IMG/VR virus record: IMGVR_UViG_3300043104_000084
From: a virus
DNA: 46,871 nt
Direction: 5' to 3' (one strand)
Of this stretch, positions 22,868 through 31,080 are shown one piece after another. The position numbers and the translations under genes are program-made. A model generated the notes under the pieces. The model was not told the DNA's origin and ran no database searches. It worked only from the letters and a program-made list of their open reading frames with translations. Each line of letters begins with the position of its first letter. Within the stretch, counting starts at the first letter, position 1.

Positions 22868-22884
22868 GTGTCCGAATCGGTCTA
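22868..22884. repeat. 17-nt palindrome copy 4 (degenerate right end): GTGTCCGAATCGGTCTA
   Basis: Intergenic, immediately upstream of the RBS of 22458..22847. Confidence 0.75.
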
Positions 22885-23775
22885 TTTTACATTTGCTTTG
22901 TTGACCCAACCGTAAACGCCTTTGCCGTCTTTTGAAATACAATGATACGGGTGTGAGCCTTTTTCATTGATTGCCGTTACTTTACAGGTGCTTACCACAT
23001 TCTTTGTTGTAGCCACCTTTTCCGCCGTAGAGGACGCATAAACCCCTCCGCCTGTGAATGTTACGGTATCGCCTTTTTTAATCGAATTTGAGCCATTCTG
23101 TGCGGTTGTGGCTGTACTTTGCTGCTTGTCCTCGCTCTTTGCCTGCACATCTGCAAGGTCTGACGCTTTGACCGCTTCGTATACTTTGGCTCTACGGCTT
23201 CCATATTGCCCCATTGTGCTATCTTTTAAGGCATAGGCGTGTATTTCTTCAAGTCCTACATTTGCAACCGCTCCTGTGGCTTTTCCGGCTTCCTCTGCTA
23301 CCCTTTTGCTCGCACCGCTTCCTCCTTGGTTTTCAAGGTCTGCATAATAAGCAAGTGCCTTTAAGGATACCAAGCCGACTTTAACGCCATTCTTGACATA
23401 AGCCGTTATATCTTCGTCTGCTAAATCGTCCTGTGCTTTCTTGCCCTCTTCCGTGCTTAACAGTTCGGAAATTGCCTTTGCTTCCTCTTCCGTTGCTGCT
23501 CGCTCTTTCTTATTCCAAAAATCTGCACTATTCCCGGCAATCTCGTTATACAGGCTTTCCCCTAAAATCTGCTTTGCCTGTCCGTCATTCGCTTTTACAA
23601 TGGATTGTAAGAGAGGTAACGCCCTCCCCCAATATGCGTTCCATTGGCATTTTCCTATACTCATGCCGTGCTTATTGTCGTTTTTGTTTACGCTCCCGTA
23701 GTTGCCCTCCTGTGCATATATGATACTGCTTGCAACCTTGACAACCTTTTTAACCTGTGCCGTTGTAACTGCCAT
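22882..23775 (-). CDS. Putative lysozyme-superfamily cell-wall hydrolase with C-terminal SH3-like binding domain
   Basis: N-terminal AQEGNYGSVNKNDNKHGMSIGKCQWN resembles the GH46/lysozyme-like catalytic region. The C-terminal 65 aa are paralogous to a segment of the gpD-like tail protein. Confidence 0.45.
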   Translation of the reverse strand: MAVTTAQVKKVVKVASSIIYAQEGNYGSVNKNDNKHGMSIGKCQWNAYWGRALPLLQSIVKANDGQAKQILGESLYNEIAGNSADFWNKKERAATEEEAKAISELLSTEEGKKAQDDLADEDITAYVKNGVKVGLVSLKALAYYADLENQGGSGASKRVAEEAGKATGAVANVGLEEIHAYALKDSTMGQYGSRRAKVYEAVKASDLADVQAKSEDKQQSTATTAQNGSNSIKKGDTVTFTGGGVYASSTAEKVATTKNVVSTCKVTAINEKGSHPYHCISKDGKGVYGWVNKANVK

Positions 23776-23786
23776 AATAAAACCTC

Positions 23787-24584
23787 CTAATACTTTTTAA
23801 GTTTTCCCGCTTTTAACAAACTCAACATACTTGTGTTTTGGCTTGCCGTTCCTTTGTACCCTGTAATTCCGTTTGCATTTGCAATTTTCGTCCTGTTTGC
23901 TTTTGATGAATCCACACCGATAGAATTTAATGCGTCCACAATGGATGTATATTTTTTATTGCAGGCTGTGTAATAGCCTTTCCCTGTGTTCGTTCCTGCA
24001 TTTGTCTTTGTTGCACATCCCGGTGTTGTAATTGCTCTTGTTTCGTTCTTTGACTTCGCCCCGCTCTCTATGCACCCTATCGTGTGGTGTCCGGGTGCTA
24101 CTGACATATCCCCCTCCAAGAGATAATCCCCTGTCGTAAGATACTTTTTGTCTGTCAATATGATAAAATCATCATCATTTCCATACGCTGACTTCATGCC
24201 GGATGTTGCTACTGTTGTGTTTATCGCTCCTGCAATCTTCGCACATACATCCTGTAAGTCCGAACAATCCGTTTCGCAATCCTCGGACAGTTTTTCGTAA
24301 TTTTCGTACCCTATTTTTTCAAGTTGCTTGTTAAGTGTTGTCCTTTCGTTCATGTCATACCCCAAATGCTTATTGTTGCATAAGGACTTTAAGGCTTTTG
24401 CGTGTTTTTTTGCCTTTGCTTCACTTTTGTATCTGATTACAAACTCCTGTCCGAATGTGTAATGCTGCCCTACTCTTACCTCGCCTTTTGTGTCGTTGGT
24501 GTTACTCTCCTGTTTCTGGTCCCCTGCTTTTCCGCCACGACCTTTTCCGTTTTCATCAATACTCGCCCAACCAAATAATGCCAT
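23787..24584 (-). CDS. Putative endolysin (amidase-like N-terminus, C-terminal wall-binding repeat)
   Basis: GYDMNERTTL...ETDCSDLQ resembles phage peptidoglycan hydrolases. C-terminal YKGTASQNTSMLSLLKAGKL motif. Lies in the lysis cassette. Confidence 0.45.
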   Translation of the reverse strand: MALFGWASIDENGKGRGGKAGDQKQESNTNDTKGEVRVGQHYTFGQEFVIRYKSEAKAKKHAKALKSLCNNKHLGYDMNERTTLNKQLEKIGYENYEKLSEDCETDCSDLQDVCAKIAGAINTTVATSGMKSAYGNDDDFIILTDKKYLTTGDYLLEGDMSVAPGHHTIGCIESGAKSKNETRAITTPGCATKTNAGTNTGKGYYTACNKKYTSIVDALNSIGVDSSKANRTKIANANGITGYKGTASQNTSMLSLLKAGKLKKY

Positions 24585-24602
24585 ATTCTTATCCTCGCTT
24601 TC

Positions 24603-24986
24603 TTAAACTGAAATATTATTCAAATCCACGGAAATATCCTTTGTTTCCTCCGGGTATCCCTGCTTGATTTTTACAATGTTTTCTGCTTTTGCTTTCCAAC
24701 AATACAGGGCGATAACCGTTGTTGTCGGTGCTGCAATGTATGTAGCCAGTACCCCGAATTGCTCAAAGTCAATAAGCGTTATCTTGATTCCGATTGCAAA
24801 ACCAATAAAATAAGTTATCAGCACCGCAACCAATACCGTTTTTGTAAAGTTCGGCAACTTCTTTTTTTCTTTCTTCATCCACTTTTTAATCCGGCTTTTG
24901 TTCGCCTTTTGGAATAGCAGATAAAAAACAAGGAATCCAAGGATAACTCCAAGGATTCCGCATACTATGTACTTCACTTCCTGCAC
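24603..24986 (-). CDS. Multi-pass membrane protein, holin candidate
   Basis: Three hydrophobic segments. 127 aa. Confidence 0.5.
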   Translation of the reverse strand: MQEVKYIVCGILGVILGFLVFYLLFQKANKSRIKKWMKKEKKKLPNFTKTVLVAVLITYFIGFAIGIKITLIDFEQFGVLATYIAAPTTTVIALYCWKAKAENIVKIKQGYPEETKDISVDLNNISV

Positions 24987-24990
24987 CCCC

Positions 24991-25302
24991 TTAATCTTCC
25001 TGTCCGTGTGCCTTTTGGTTAATGTGTTTTTCCAGTTTTCCTATTGCTTCCGTAACCGGACCGTTGCACCCCTGCTCTTTCAATCCTTTCAGACAGGCAA
25101 GGACGGCATAGGTAAGCAGACACATTTCGTCTTTGATTGCCTGTATATCTTCCTGCTCTTTCTTTTTCAACGCTTCAATGTCCTTTGTCTGCTTCTCCTG
25201 TGTCTGAAACCACTTGACAACTTTGTAGGCAACCGCTCCGATTGCTCCCAACGCCCCTAACAGGCTTGCAAGTGTAATTATTGTTGCTGAATTAACGTAC
25301 AT
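24991..25302 (-). CDS. Single-pass membrane protein with coiled coil
   Basis: Start moved to ATG 25302. The upstream part of the track ORF is a terminator hairpin. Confidence 0.5.
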   Translation of the reverse strand: MYVNSATIITLASLLGALGAIGAVAYKVVKWFQTQEKQTKDIEALKKKEQEDIQAIKDEMCLLTYAVLACLKGLKEQGCNGPVTEAIGKLEKHINQKAHGQED

Positions 25303-25320
25303 ACTTTCCCCTTTCTCTAA

Positions 25321-25344
25321 AATAAAAAGTGCGGTTTCCCGCAC
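25321..25344 (-). terminator. Intrinsic terminator after the tail-fibre accessory genes
   Basis: GTGCGG-GAAA-CCGCAC followed by TTTTTATTTT on the minus strand. Confidence 0.65.
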
Positions 25345-25352
25345 TCCCTATT

Positions 25353-25535
25353 TTAGATTTTATCGGATATTTCCTTTAGTTCGGTTGCTGCCTTTGAAAT
25401 ATCCTTGCTTACATTGTCTGTTATATAACCTCCTGTGGCCCTGCTGTGTTCCATTTCCAACGCCATATTGTAGATTATATCGGATTGAGCCTTAATTACT
25501 TCCTTTAGGCTTTCCATGACTTCCAACACGGTCAT
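25353..25535 (-). CDS. Hypothetical small protein
   Basis: ATG 25535 overlaps the stop of the XkdX-like gene (TAATG). Confidence 0.45.
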   Translation of the reverse strand: MTVLEVMESLKEVIKAQSDIIYNMALEMEHSRATGGYITDNVSKDISKAATELKEISDKI

Positions 25536-25693
25536 TACTTGTATTCCTCGCCTGTGATTTCCTTGTATTCCGTTTCCGTAATCACTCCGAAACCTACAAA
25601 CTTCTGTAACTGTGCCTTGGTACATCCTCCACGCCCGTAACGCTCCTTTAATACCTCAAACCGTGCTGAATGTGTTGTTGTTTTGCTTGCCAT
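25535..25693 (-). CDS. XkdX-family small protein (52 aa; below ORF-track cutoff)
   Basis: My translation: MASKTTTHSARFEVLKERYGRGGCTKAQLQKFVGFGVITETEYKEITGEEYK. The ...IT.EEY..ITGE.Y ending is the XkdX signature. Confidence 0.6.
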   Translation of the reverse strand: MASKTTTHSARFEVLKERYGRGGCTKAQLQKFVGFGVITETEYKEITGEEYK

Positions 25694-25698
25694 AATGT

Positions 25699-25866
25699 TT
25701 ACTCTCCTTTCGATTGCAACTCTAAGATTGCCAACTCTAAATCTGTGATTTCCAAGTCCTTTTCAATATCCCTTAATTCCAAGTCCGTAAGGTACTGCTC
25801 CATTTCCGGGATAACTTTTTCTTTCTGCCTTTTCTCCGTAAGGCTCTGCTTTCTTATCTGCTCCAT
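25699..25866 (-). CDS. Small coiled-coil protein (55 aa; below ORF-track cutoff)
   Basis: ATG 25866, 5 nt after GGAGGTG. Position equivalent to XkdW-type genes after a fibre gene. Confidence 0.4.
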   Translation of the reverse strand: MEQIRKQSLTEKRQKEKVIPEMEQYLTDLELRDIEKDLEITDLELAILELQSKGE

Positions 25867-25877
25867 GCTGCACCTCC

Positions 25878-27596
25878 TTAATCAAAACAGTATCCGATAG
25901 AAAACGCCTGCACTCTTTCCGTGTTATTGTTCTTTGTTATCGTAACCCGGACAGATACGCCGTAACGCTCGCTGTCAAATTCCGTATTCGTGAAATGGTA
26001 CGCTTCCTTGTTCTTAAATGCTTCGGTTGCGTCCTCCCACACTACCTCTGCGTTGTATGTGCAGTTTGTAACCTCAACCTTAATATCCGGCTCTCCGGTC
26101 TTGTCGTAGTCAAGGTTTACCATAATCTTTTCTGCCGGGGCGTCCGTTTCTACCGCTTTGATTTCAAATTTCAACGCTGCATAGAGTTTTGTAAACTCAA
26201 TGTATCGGTATGCTTCCGCACCGTCTGAATTAACCGCCTTAATGGTTAATTTATGGGTCTGCTCATTCTCCAGCATATCAAAACCGGACAGGTCAAAATT
26301 GATATTCTCCTGCTGCGGTGCTACTTCGATTTTTCTTACCTCTTCGTCATCCACATACTCGGTAATGCTGATACTCTTAAATTCCGAATCGTTGACTTGA
26401 TAGGTAATATCGAACGGCTGCCACTTATTCCCGATATTGGAATCTGTACCGCTGATTGCAACGCTTGAATTGATTTTGTTGAAAATTACCGTCTTTGTGC
26501 TTTCGTTTCCGTAGGAATCTTCCGCCCAAATCGTAAAGGTATGCTGCCCCGCTGATAATGTGTTAATCTTTGTGCCGGATATGCTTACCTTGTATCCGTA
26601 TTCCAGTACCACGGTGTCAAGCGTCTGTATAACCTCTCCGTCCAATGATACTTTTGCCGTTACCTCGTCATTGTCTGCGTCCGTGATTGAATAGTTGAGG
26701 TCGAACGGTGCGTTTTTATCCCCCAAGTTCTCCGAATCCGTATTGATTACAGGCGGTGCGTTCCAAACTATTGTATATGCCCCGTCTGTATCGGCTTCGT
26801 CAGATACAAGGATAGAAGATGAAACCACACAAGCCGGGCGAACGCCACTGTGACCATAGTACGCAGGGTTGCCGTTGAGCGAACCGTCCGTGTACACATC
26901 CCGGGCAGAGTAGGAATTGGACGCATACGGTGTTCTAAGCCACCACCACCAAGGACTGCTTGCTGCTAAACTGCTGCTTGTGTATTCCGACTTTGCCACC
27001 GCTTCCGCTGTCGGGTATGCAATCCTGTTACTCGCTGTGTTGAACAATGCGTAAATGCTGCCCTCTGCAATGCTGTTTTCGTTCGCTAATCCAACCTCCG
27101 TATTGGATAACAGGAAAACTTTCTGTGTTACATCTTCGTAACCTCCGCCGTCTGTAACCGTATTCTTTGCAACCCTTTTCGTTACTGTCAATAACTCCGC
27201 CCTTAACTGTTCGGAGAAATTGGTTAAAAATCCGGCTTCTTGGTCGTACTCGTTATAATTCGACCATACATTAGCGTTTGTCGGTGCTGCGTCCGCACTA
27301 TGCTGTGCTGAATACCATGCCCCCGCTGCCTTTTCGCTATTCAACCATTGCCTTATGTTTGAATAGAGCCAACGGTTATTTCCATACTGCTTCCTGTTTG
27401 AATCTGAATTGCCCGATTCGATAGCGTCAAAACATTTCAAGGTAATGATATTTGATGTAATCAACGCCGTGGAATTATCGGGGTCCCCTGCGTGATTGTG
27501 TTCCATAACGGTAAACAATATCGGTTTTCCGTTATAGGTTGTGAGCGTGTCTTTGACTTTTGTACCGCTCGGTAGGCTACTTAATAACTTTGCCAT
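25878..27596 (-). CDS. DGR target protein 1: receptor-binding tail fibre protein (N-terminal variable lectin-like domain, C-terminal Ig-like repeats)
   Basis: VR1 encodes ...WWWWLRTPYASNSYSARDVYTDGSLNGNPAYYGHSGVRPACV. The C-terminal half has repeated beta-rich modules (PPVINTDSENLGDK..., AISGTDSNIGNK...). Confidence 0.85.
   Translation of the reverse strand: MAKLLSSLPSGTKVKDTLTTYNGKPILFTVMEHNHAGDPDNSTALITSNIITLKCFDAIESGNSDSNRKQYGNNRWLYSNIRQWLNSEKAAGAWYSAQHSADAAPTNANVWSNYNEYDQEAGFLTNFSEQLRAELLTVTKRVAKNTVTDGGGYEDVTQKVFLLSNTEVGLANENSIAEGSIYALFNTASNRIAYPTAEAVAKSEYTSSSLAASSPWWWWLRTPYASNSYSARDVYTDGSLNGNPAYYGHSGVRPACVVSSSILVSDEADTDGAYTIVWNAPPVINTDSENLGDKNAPFDLNYSITDADNDEVTAKVSLDGEVIQTLDTVVLEYGYKVSISGTKINTLSAGQHTFTIWAEDSYGNESTKTVIFNKINSSVAISGTDSNIGNKWQPFDITYQVNDSEFKSISITEYVDDEEVRKIEVAPQQENINFDLSGFDMLENEQTHKLTIKAVNSDGAEAYRYIEFTKLYAALKFEIKAVETDAPAEKIMVNLDYDKTGEPDIKVEVTNCTYNAEVVWEDATEAFKNKEAYHFTNTEFDSERYGVSVRVTITKNNNTERVQAFSIGYCFD
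26826..26931 (-). repeat. DGR variable repeat VR1
   Basis: 106 nt aligned to TR 28941..29046. 13 mismatches, all at TR adenines (coding strand). Confidence 0.9.
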
Positions 27597-28749
27597 TCTT
27601 TTTTACCTCCTGCTTTTTCTTTCTTGCTCTTTGCCTTTGCTCATTGTATCTTTTCAGTTTTTCATATCTCGCCTTTTCTGTATCAGAGAGGTAATCAATG
27701 AATAAACCATAAAAATAACAATCCATTTCCTGTAACATATAGTAGGTATCTCCACGGCTTGCGTGTGCTTTCCATGATTGGTAGGAATCTTTCACGGCTT
27801 CGTATGTTATTTCCTTACGGTCTACCTTTGCTTTCATTTTCCGTAGTTTCTGCCTTTCGTGGCTCTTGCTTTTCGCCTTTATCCGGCAAACTACTTTCCC
27901 GCTTTCCGTAAGGTATACATGAAACCCCAAATAATTTATGCCTGTCGTAACAGGCACAATCTTTGTTTTCTTGGCATTAAGTTTTAACCCTAACCCCTCT
28001 GCCATTTTCCCTATTTCCTTTAGGCAGAATTTCAAGTATTCCTTGCTCTCATGGATTAAATAAAAATCATCATTGTACCTTGCAAATCCTCCGATTTTCA
28101 ACCGTTCTTTTATCATGTGGTCTATCGGACTTCCTGCTATCAATGCGTCCAACTGTGATAACTGGTTGCCAAGCGGTACGCCGTACTCTCCGCCTGTGCT
28201 TGCGTGTATCATCCGTATAAGTCTGATTATCCGCTCATCCTTAAACTCACGCTCGTATGCCCTGTTTAACAACTCATGTGATAAACTGTCAAAATATCCC
28301 GAAAAATCACATACAAGGATGTATCCGCTTGTGCCGTGTATCCTGTAATGGTGTCTTAAATCCTCTTTCAGACAATCCAATGTAAAATCTGTGCCTTTTC
28401 CTTTTAGGCTCGCACCATTGCTATAAACAAATGTCGGTGCAATCCTCGGTGTTAAGATATTGTCACATAGATTTTTCTGCACAACTCTATCTTTGTATTT
28501 TGCACTTTTTATATTTCTTAGTTTTCCTCTCTCGTTGACCGTAAAGCAATGATATTTCCCTATGCTATACTTTTCTGACATCAAGAGGTACTGCAAATAC
28601 AATGTGCTTTCCAATGCCCTTAAATCGTATGTTGCTACGCTGTCTTTCCACCTTTTGCCCTGCCTGCAATTCCTGTGCGATTCGTACAGATTTCCAAAAT
28701 CTGTGAGGATTCCGTAATCGTCATATTTATTTTCTTTTCTTGTAATCAT
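27577..28749 (-). CDS. DGR reverse transcriptase
   Basis: YNDDFYL (YxDD box) and VPLGNQLSQ (the DGR-type GxxxSQ motif). Start set at ATG 28749 (MITRKENKYDDYG...). The track ORF runs on through the spacer into the TR. Confidence 0.9.
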   Translation of the reverse strand: MITRKENKYDDYGILTDFGNLYESHRNCRQGKRWKDSVATYDLRALESTLYLQYLLMSEKYSIGKYHCFTVNERGKLRNIKSAKYKDRVVQKNLCDNILTPRIAPTFVYSNGASLKGKGTDFTLDCLKEDLRHHYRIHGTSGYILVCDFSGYFDSLSHELLNRAYEREFKDERIIRLIRMIHASTGGEYGVPLGNQLSQLDALIAGSPIDHMIKERLKIGGFARYNDDFYLIHESKEYLKFCLKEIGKMAEGLGLKLNAKKTKIVPVTTGINYLGFHVYLTESGKVVCRIKAKSKSHERQKLRKMKAKVDRKEITYEAVKDSYQSWKAHASRGDTYYMLQEMDCYFYGLFIDYLSDTEKARYEKLKRYNEQRQRARKKKQEVKKNGKVIK

Positions 28750-28940
28750 GTCGTTTTTCTTTCTGAAAAAATCCACACCGCATACAAATGAGTACATAAC
28801 CCAACTACTCCAAATGTGGGGCATGGGTGTCGGTGTTCCTTTATTTGTCATGCACATATATCCTGCACGACCGGGGTATACCCTCCTTGTGTGGTATTCT
28901 GATTTCTGCGGTAAAAACCGCCTACTCTGTCGCATTTTTC

Positions 28941-29046
28941 CACTCAATCCGGGCGAACGCCATTGTTACCATTGTACGCATTGTTGTTGTTGAGCGAACC
29001 GTCCGTGTTCACATTCCGGGCATTGTAGGAATTGGACGCATACGGT
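28941..29046 (-). repeat. DGR template repeat (TR)
   Basis: Coding-strand TR is rich in AAC/AAT codons and carries an in-frame TGA at its 3' end. Lies between avd and RT. Confidence 0.9.
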
Positions 29047-29072
29047 TAAACAGGGTATACCCCAAAATCTTT

Positions 29073-29507
29073 TTATTTTGTTTTTACTTCATCCGTGAAT
29101 TTTTCTCCAAATCTTTCCTCGTCTTTCTTTAACCATGCTGCGGTTAATGTCCTAACCTCAAATACTGACTTCGCCCAAAATGACGCTTTATCATAACCCA
29201 AATTGAATAATTCCTTGCTAATATCTATCAGCGTCATAAGGCTACGGCAATACGCCATAGCCTGCCTTTGTTTTGTCCGTCTGAATAGGTATTCTTCTCT
29301 CGTCTTTGGGAATATTTCGTTTGCTTCAATCAAGCAAGCCACTATTTCCACGGCTTTATCCTGCATTTTATTTACTACCGATAACCTGTAACGCTTTGGA
29401 AAATTCTTCTCATTATTCGTAATCCTCAAAGTGTATATAACCATTTCTTTCGCCTTTACGATAACGGTTAAATCTCCCTGCGTCCTTTCTCCTGCCCTTA
29501 CGCTCAT
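29073..29507 (-). CDS. avd: DGR accessory variability determinant (Avd-like four-helix-bundle protein)
   Basis: 144 aa, basic, pattern ...KAKEMVIYTLRITNNEKNFPKRYR... Located immediately upstream of the TR. Confidence 0.7.
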   Translation of the reverse strand: MSVRAGERTQGDLTVIVKAKEMVIYTLRITNNEKNFPKRYRLSVVNKMQDKAVEIVACLIEANEIFPKTREEYLFRRTKQRQAMAYCRSLMTLIDISKELFNLGYDKASFWAKSVFEVRTLTAAWLKKDEERFGEKFTDEVKTK

Positions 29508-29511
29508 AGGC

Positions 29512-30243
29512 TTATGCGTACAGGCACTTGTTTGTACTGTCGTACATACCGCTTACCATGATTACATCATCATTACTTGAAAATGTTTCTATAACCACAT
29601 TGTCCGAATCCATAATATCAGCGTCCGTTAATGTTGCCATTGTCATAGCCATTTGCAACATTTCCCTTTTCATGGTATCCATGCTCTTTTCCGTGTTTCC
29701 GACAATGCTTAACGCTTCCTGTATCTGCTCCTGCGTTGTCTGATTGATATTGTCAATGAGAGCCTTTACCTCCAAGCGTAAATTTTCAACATCTTTCTTT
29801 GTTGCCATAACTACGCTTGGGTCTACAATCAGTTCCACGCTCTCTGTATTTGCCAATGCAATTTCCATTGACAAATCCAATTCATGTACTACGCCGTCCG
29901 ATACCCTTACTTTCTGCGTGTCCGGCGTGTTGCAAATTGCAATCAATACGCCGTCCTCGTCAAACAATCCCATTTCACGGATTGTAAAACCGCCTGCGTC
30001 TGACGGTATCACGGATTCCACGATTAAGAGGTTTTCCGATTCCTCACTAATGTAGCAGGCGTTTACCGTTCCCCTCCATACCTCGTTTTTTAACGCCGTT
30101 GCTGCGGTTGTCGGATTGTAAAACCGTCCTCCGCCATCTCCTACCGCAAACTGTGTAATGTTTACTTTCTTTTCCTCGTTCAATGCTTCAAGCATTTTCC
30201 GTGTGCCCGAATCGGTCACAAGTGTAAAATATGTGCTTGCCAT
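29512..30243 (-). CDS. Tail fibre N-terminal/collar protein (P2 gpH N-terminal-domain-like)
   Basis: ITQFAVGDGGG...P....T.L.NEVWRG and FTIREMGLFDEDG motifs are typical of the tail-collar fibre domain. Confidence 0.65.
   Translation of the reverse strand: MASTYFTLVTDSGTRKMLEALNEEKKVNITQFAVGDGGGRFYNPTTAATALKNEVWRGTVNACYISEESENLLIVESVIPSDAGGFTIREMGLFDEDGVLIAICNTPDTQKVRVSDGVVHELDLSMEIALANTESVELIVDPSVVMATKKDVENLRLEVKALIDNINQTTQEQIQEALSIVGNTEKSMDTMKREMLQMAMTMATLTDADIMDSDNVVIETFSSNDDVIMVSGMYDSTNKCLYA
30203..30219. repeat. 17-nt palindrome copy 5: GTGCCCGAATCGGTCAC
   Basis: Encodes VTDSGT at residues 9-14 of the fibre collar protein. Confidence 0.9.
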
Positions 30244-30246
30244 AAT

Positions 30247-31080
30247 TTACTGCTCCTTTCTGATTATGATTGTCTGCTTATTTCTCTGATATGCCTTAAT
30301 GCTTCCTAATGCGTCCATTTCCGCCCTTAAACTGCTTTCGGTATAGGATTTTACCTTTATGCTGTTTAATGCCTGTAAATGGGCGGTAACAACCTTTTCT
30401 CCTACTGCCTTGATTGCTCCGTCAAGGATAGGCTTAACTTTTATCTTTCCGCCTATAAGCGTTGCTGCCCTTATATCGTTTTGTCCTGCTGCCTTGATTG
30501 CCCTTTGCAGATACGGCTTTACCTTTAGCCTTGTTCCTACTTCATGCAGGGCAACCGCCTGTACGGTAGCCTTTTCTATGCTTAACCTGTAGAAAATTCC
30601 GTCACAATGGGAACGCAAGTTTTTATAAAACTGCATTTTCTTTTCGATTTCAAGGCTTGTATCCTCGCTCAATCCCTCGTTTCCAATGTCTACGGTCACT
30701 CGAAAAAAATACGGCTCTCCGCCGTAGTCAAACCATTCCTCTACATCCGCCGTCCTGTATACATCCTGTAATACCGTTCGTACTGCGTATTTAGTACCTA
30801 ATTTCTGATGTACCCGGATACTGTTTTTAAGTATTTTCCTTTTTGTTTCAATCGGATAATCATAATCGTACCAATCAACGTGTAAATCATACGCCAAGGT
30901 ATCAAGCCACCGTTCCCCTAGTTCGTCAATCCTTGCATAGATTATGTTCTTTTCCGCTTCATTTGCGGTTATATGCAGTTCATCCGCAATCAAACGCCCC
31001 AAGGCTGCCATACTTTCATCACGCTTTAGGGCGGGTGGGAATGTTTCGTAAAAGTCTGCTGTTTTTAACTCTTTATTCAT
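30247..31080 (-). CDS. Tail protein I-like (P2 gpI family)
   Basis: FPPALKRDESMAALGRLIADEL... and position after the baseplate J gene. Confidence 0.6.
   Translation of the reverse strand: MNKELKTADFYETFPPALKRDESMAALGRLIADELHITANEAEKNIIYARIDELGERWLDTLAYDLHVDWYDYDYPIETKRKILKNSIRVHQKLGTKYAVRTVLQDVYRTADVEEWFDYGGEPYFFRVTVDIGNEGLSEDTSLEIEKKMQFYKNLRSHCDGIFYRLSIEKATVQAVALHEVGTRLKVKPYLQRAIKAAGQNDIRAATLIGGKIKVKPILDGAIKAVGEKVVTAHLQALNSIKVKSYTESSLRAEMDALGSIKAYQRNKQTIIIRKEQ

Noticed and set aside
28750-28947. N-terminal 66-residue extension of the RT ORF in the track (start 28947)
   Set aside because: The extension runs through the TR-RT spacer into the TR and has no RT-family features. The family-typical N-terminus starts at ATG 28749. 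The open frame is probably incidental, and the spacer is more likely part of the DGR RNA.
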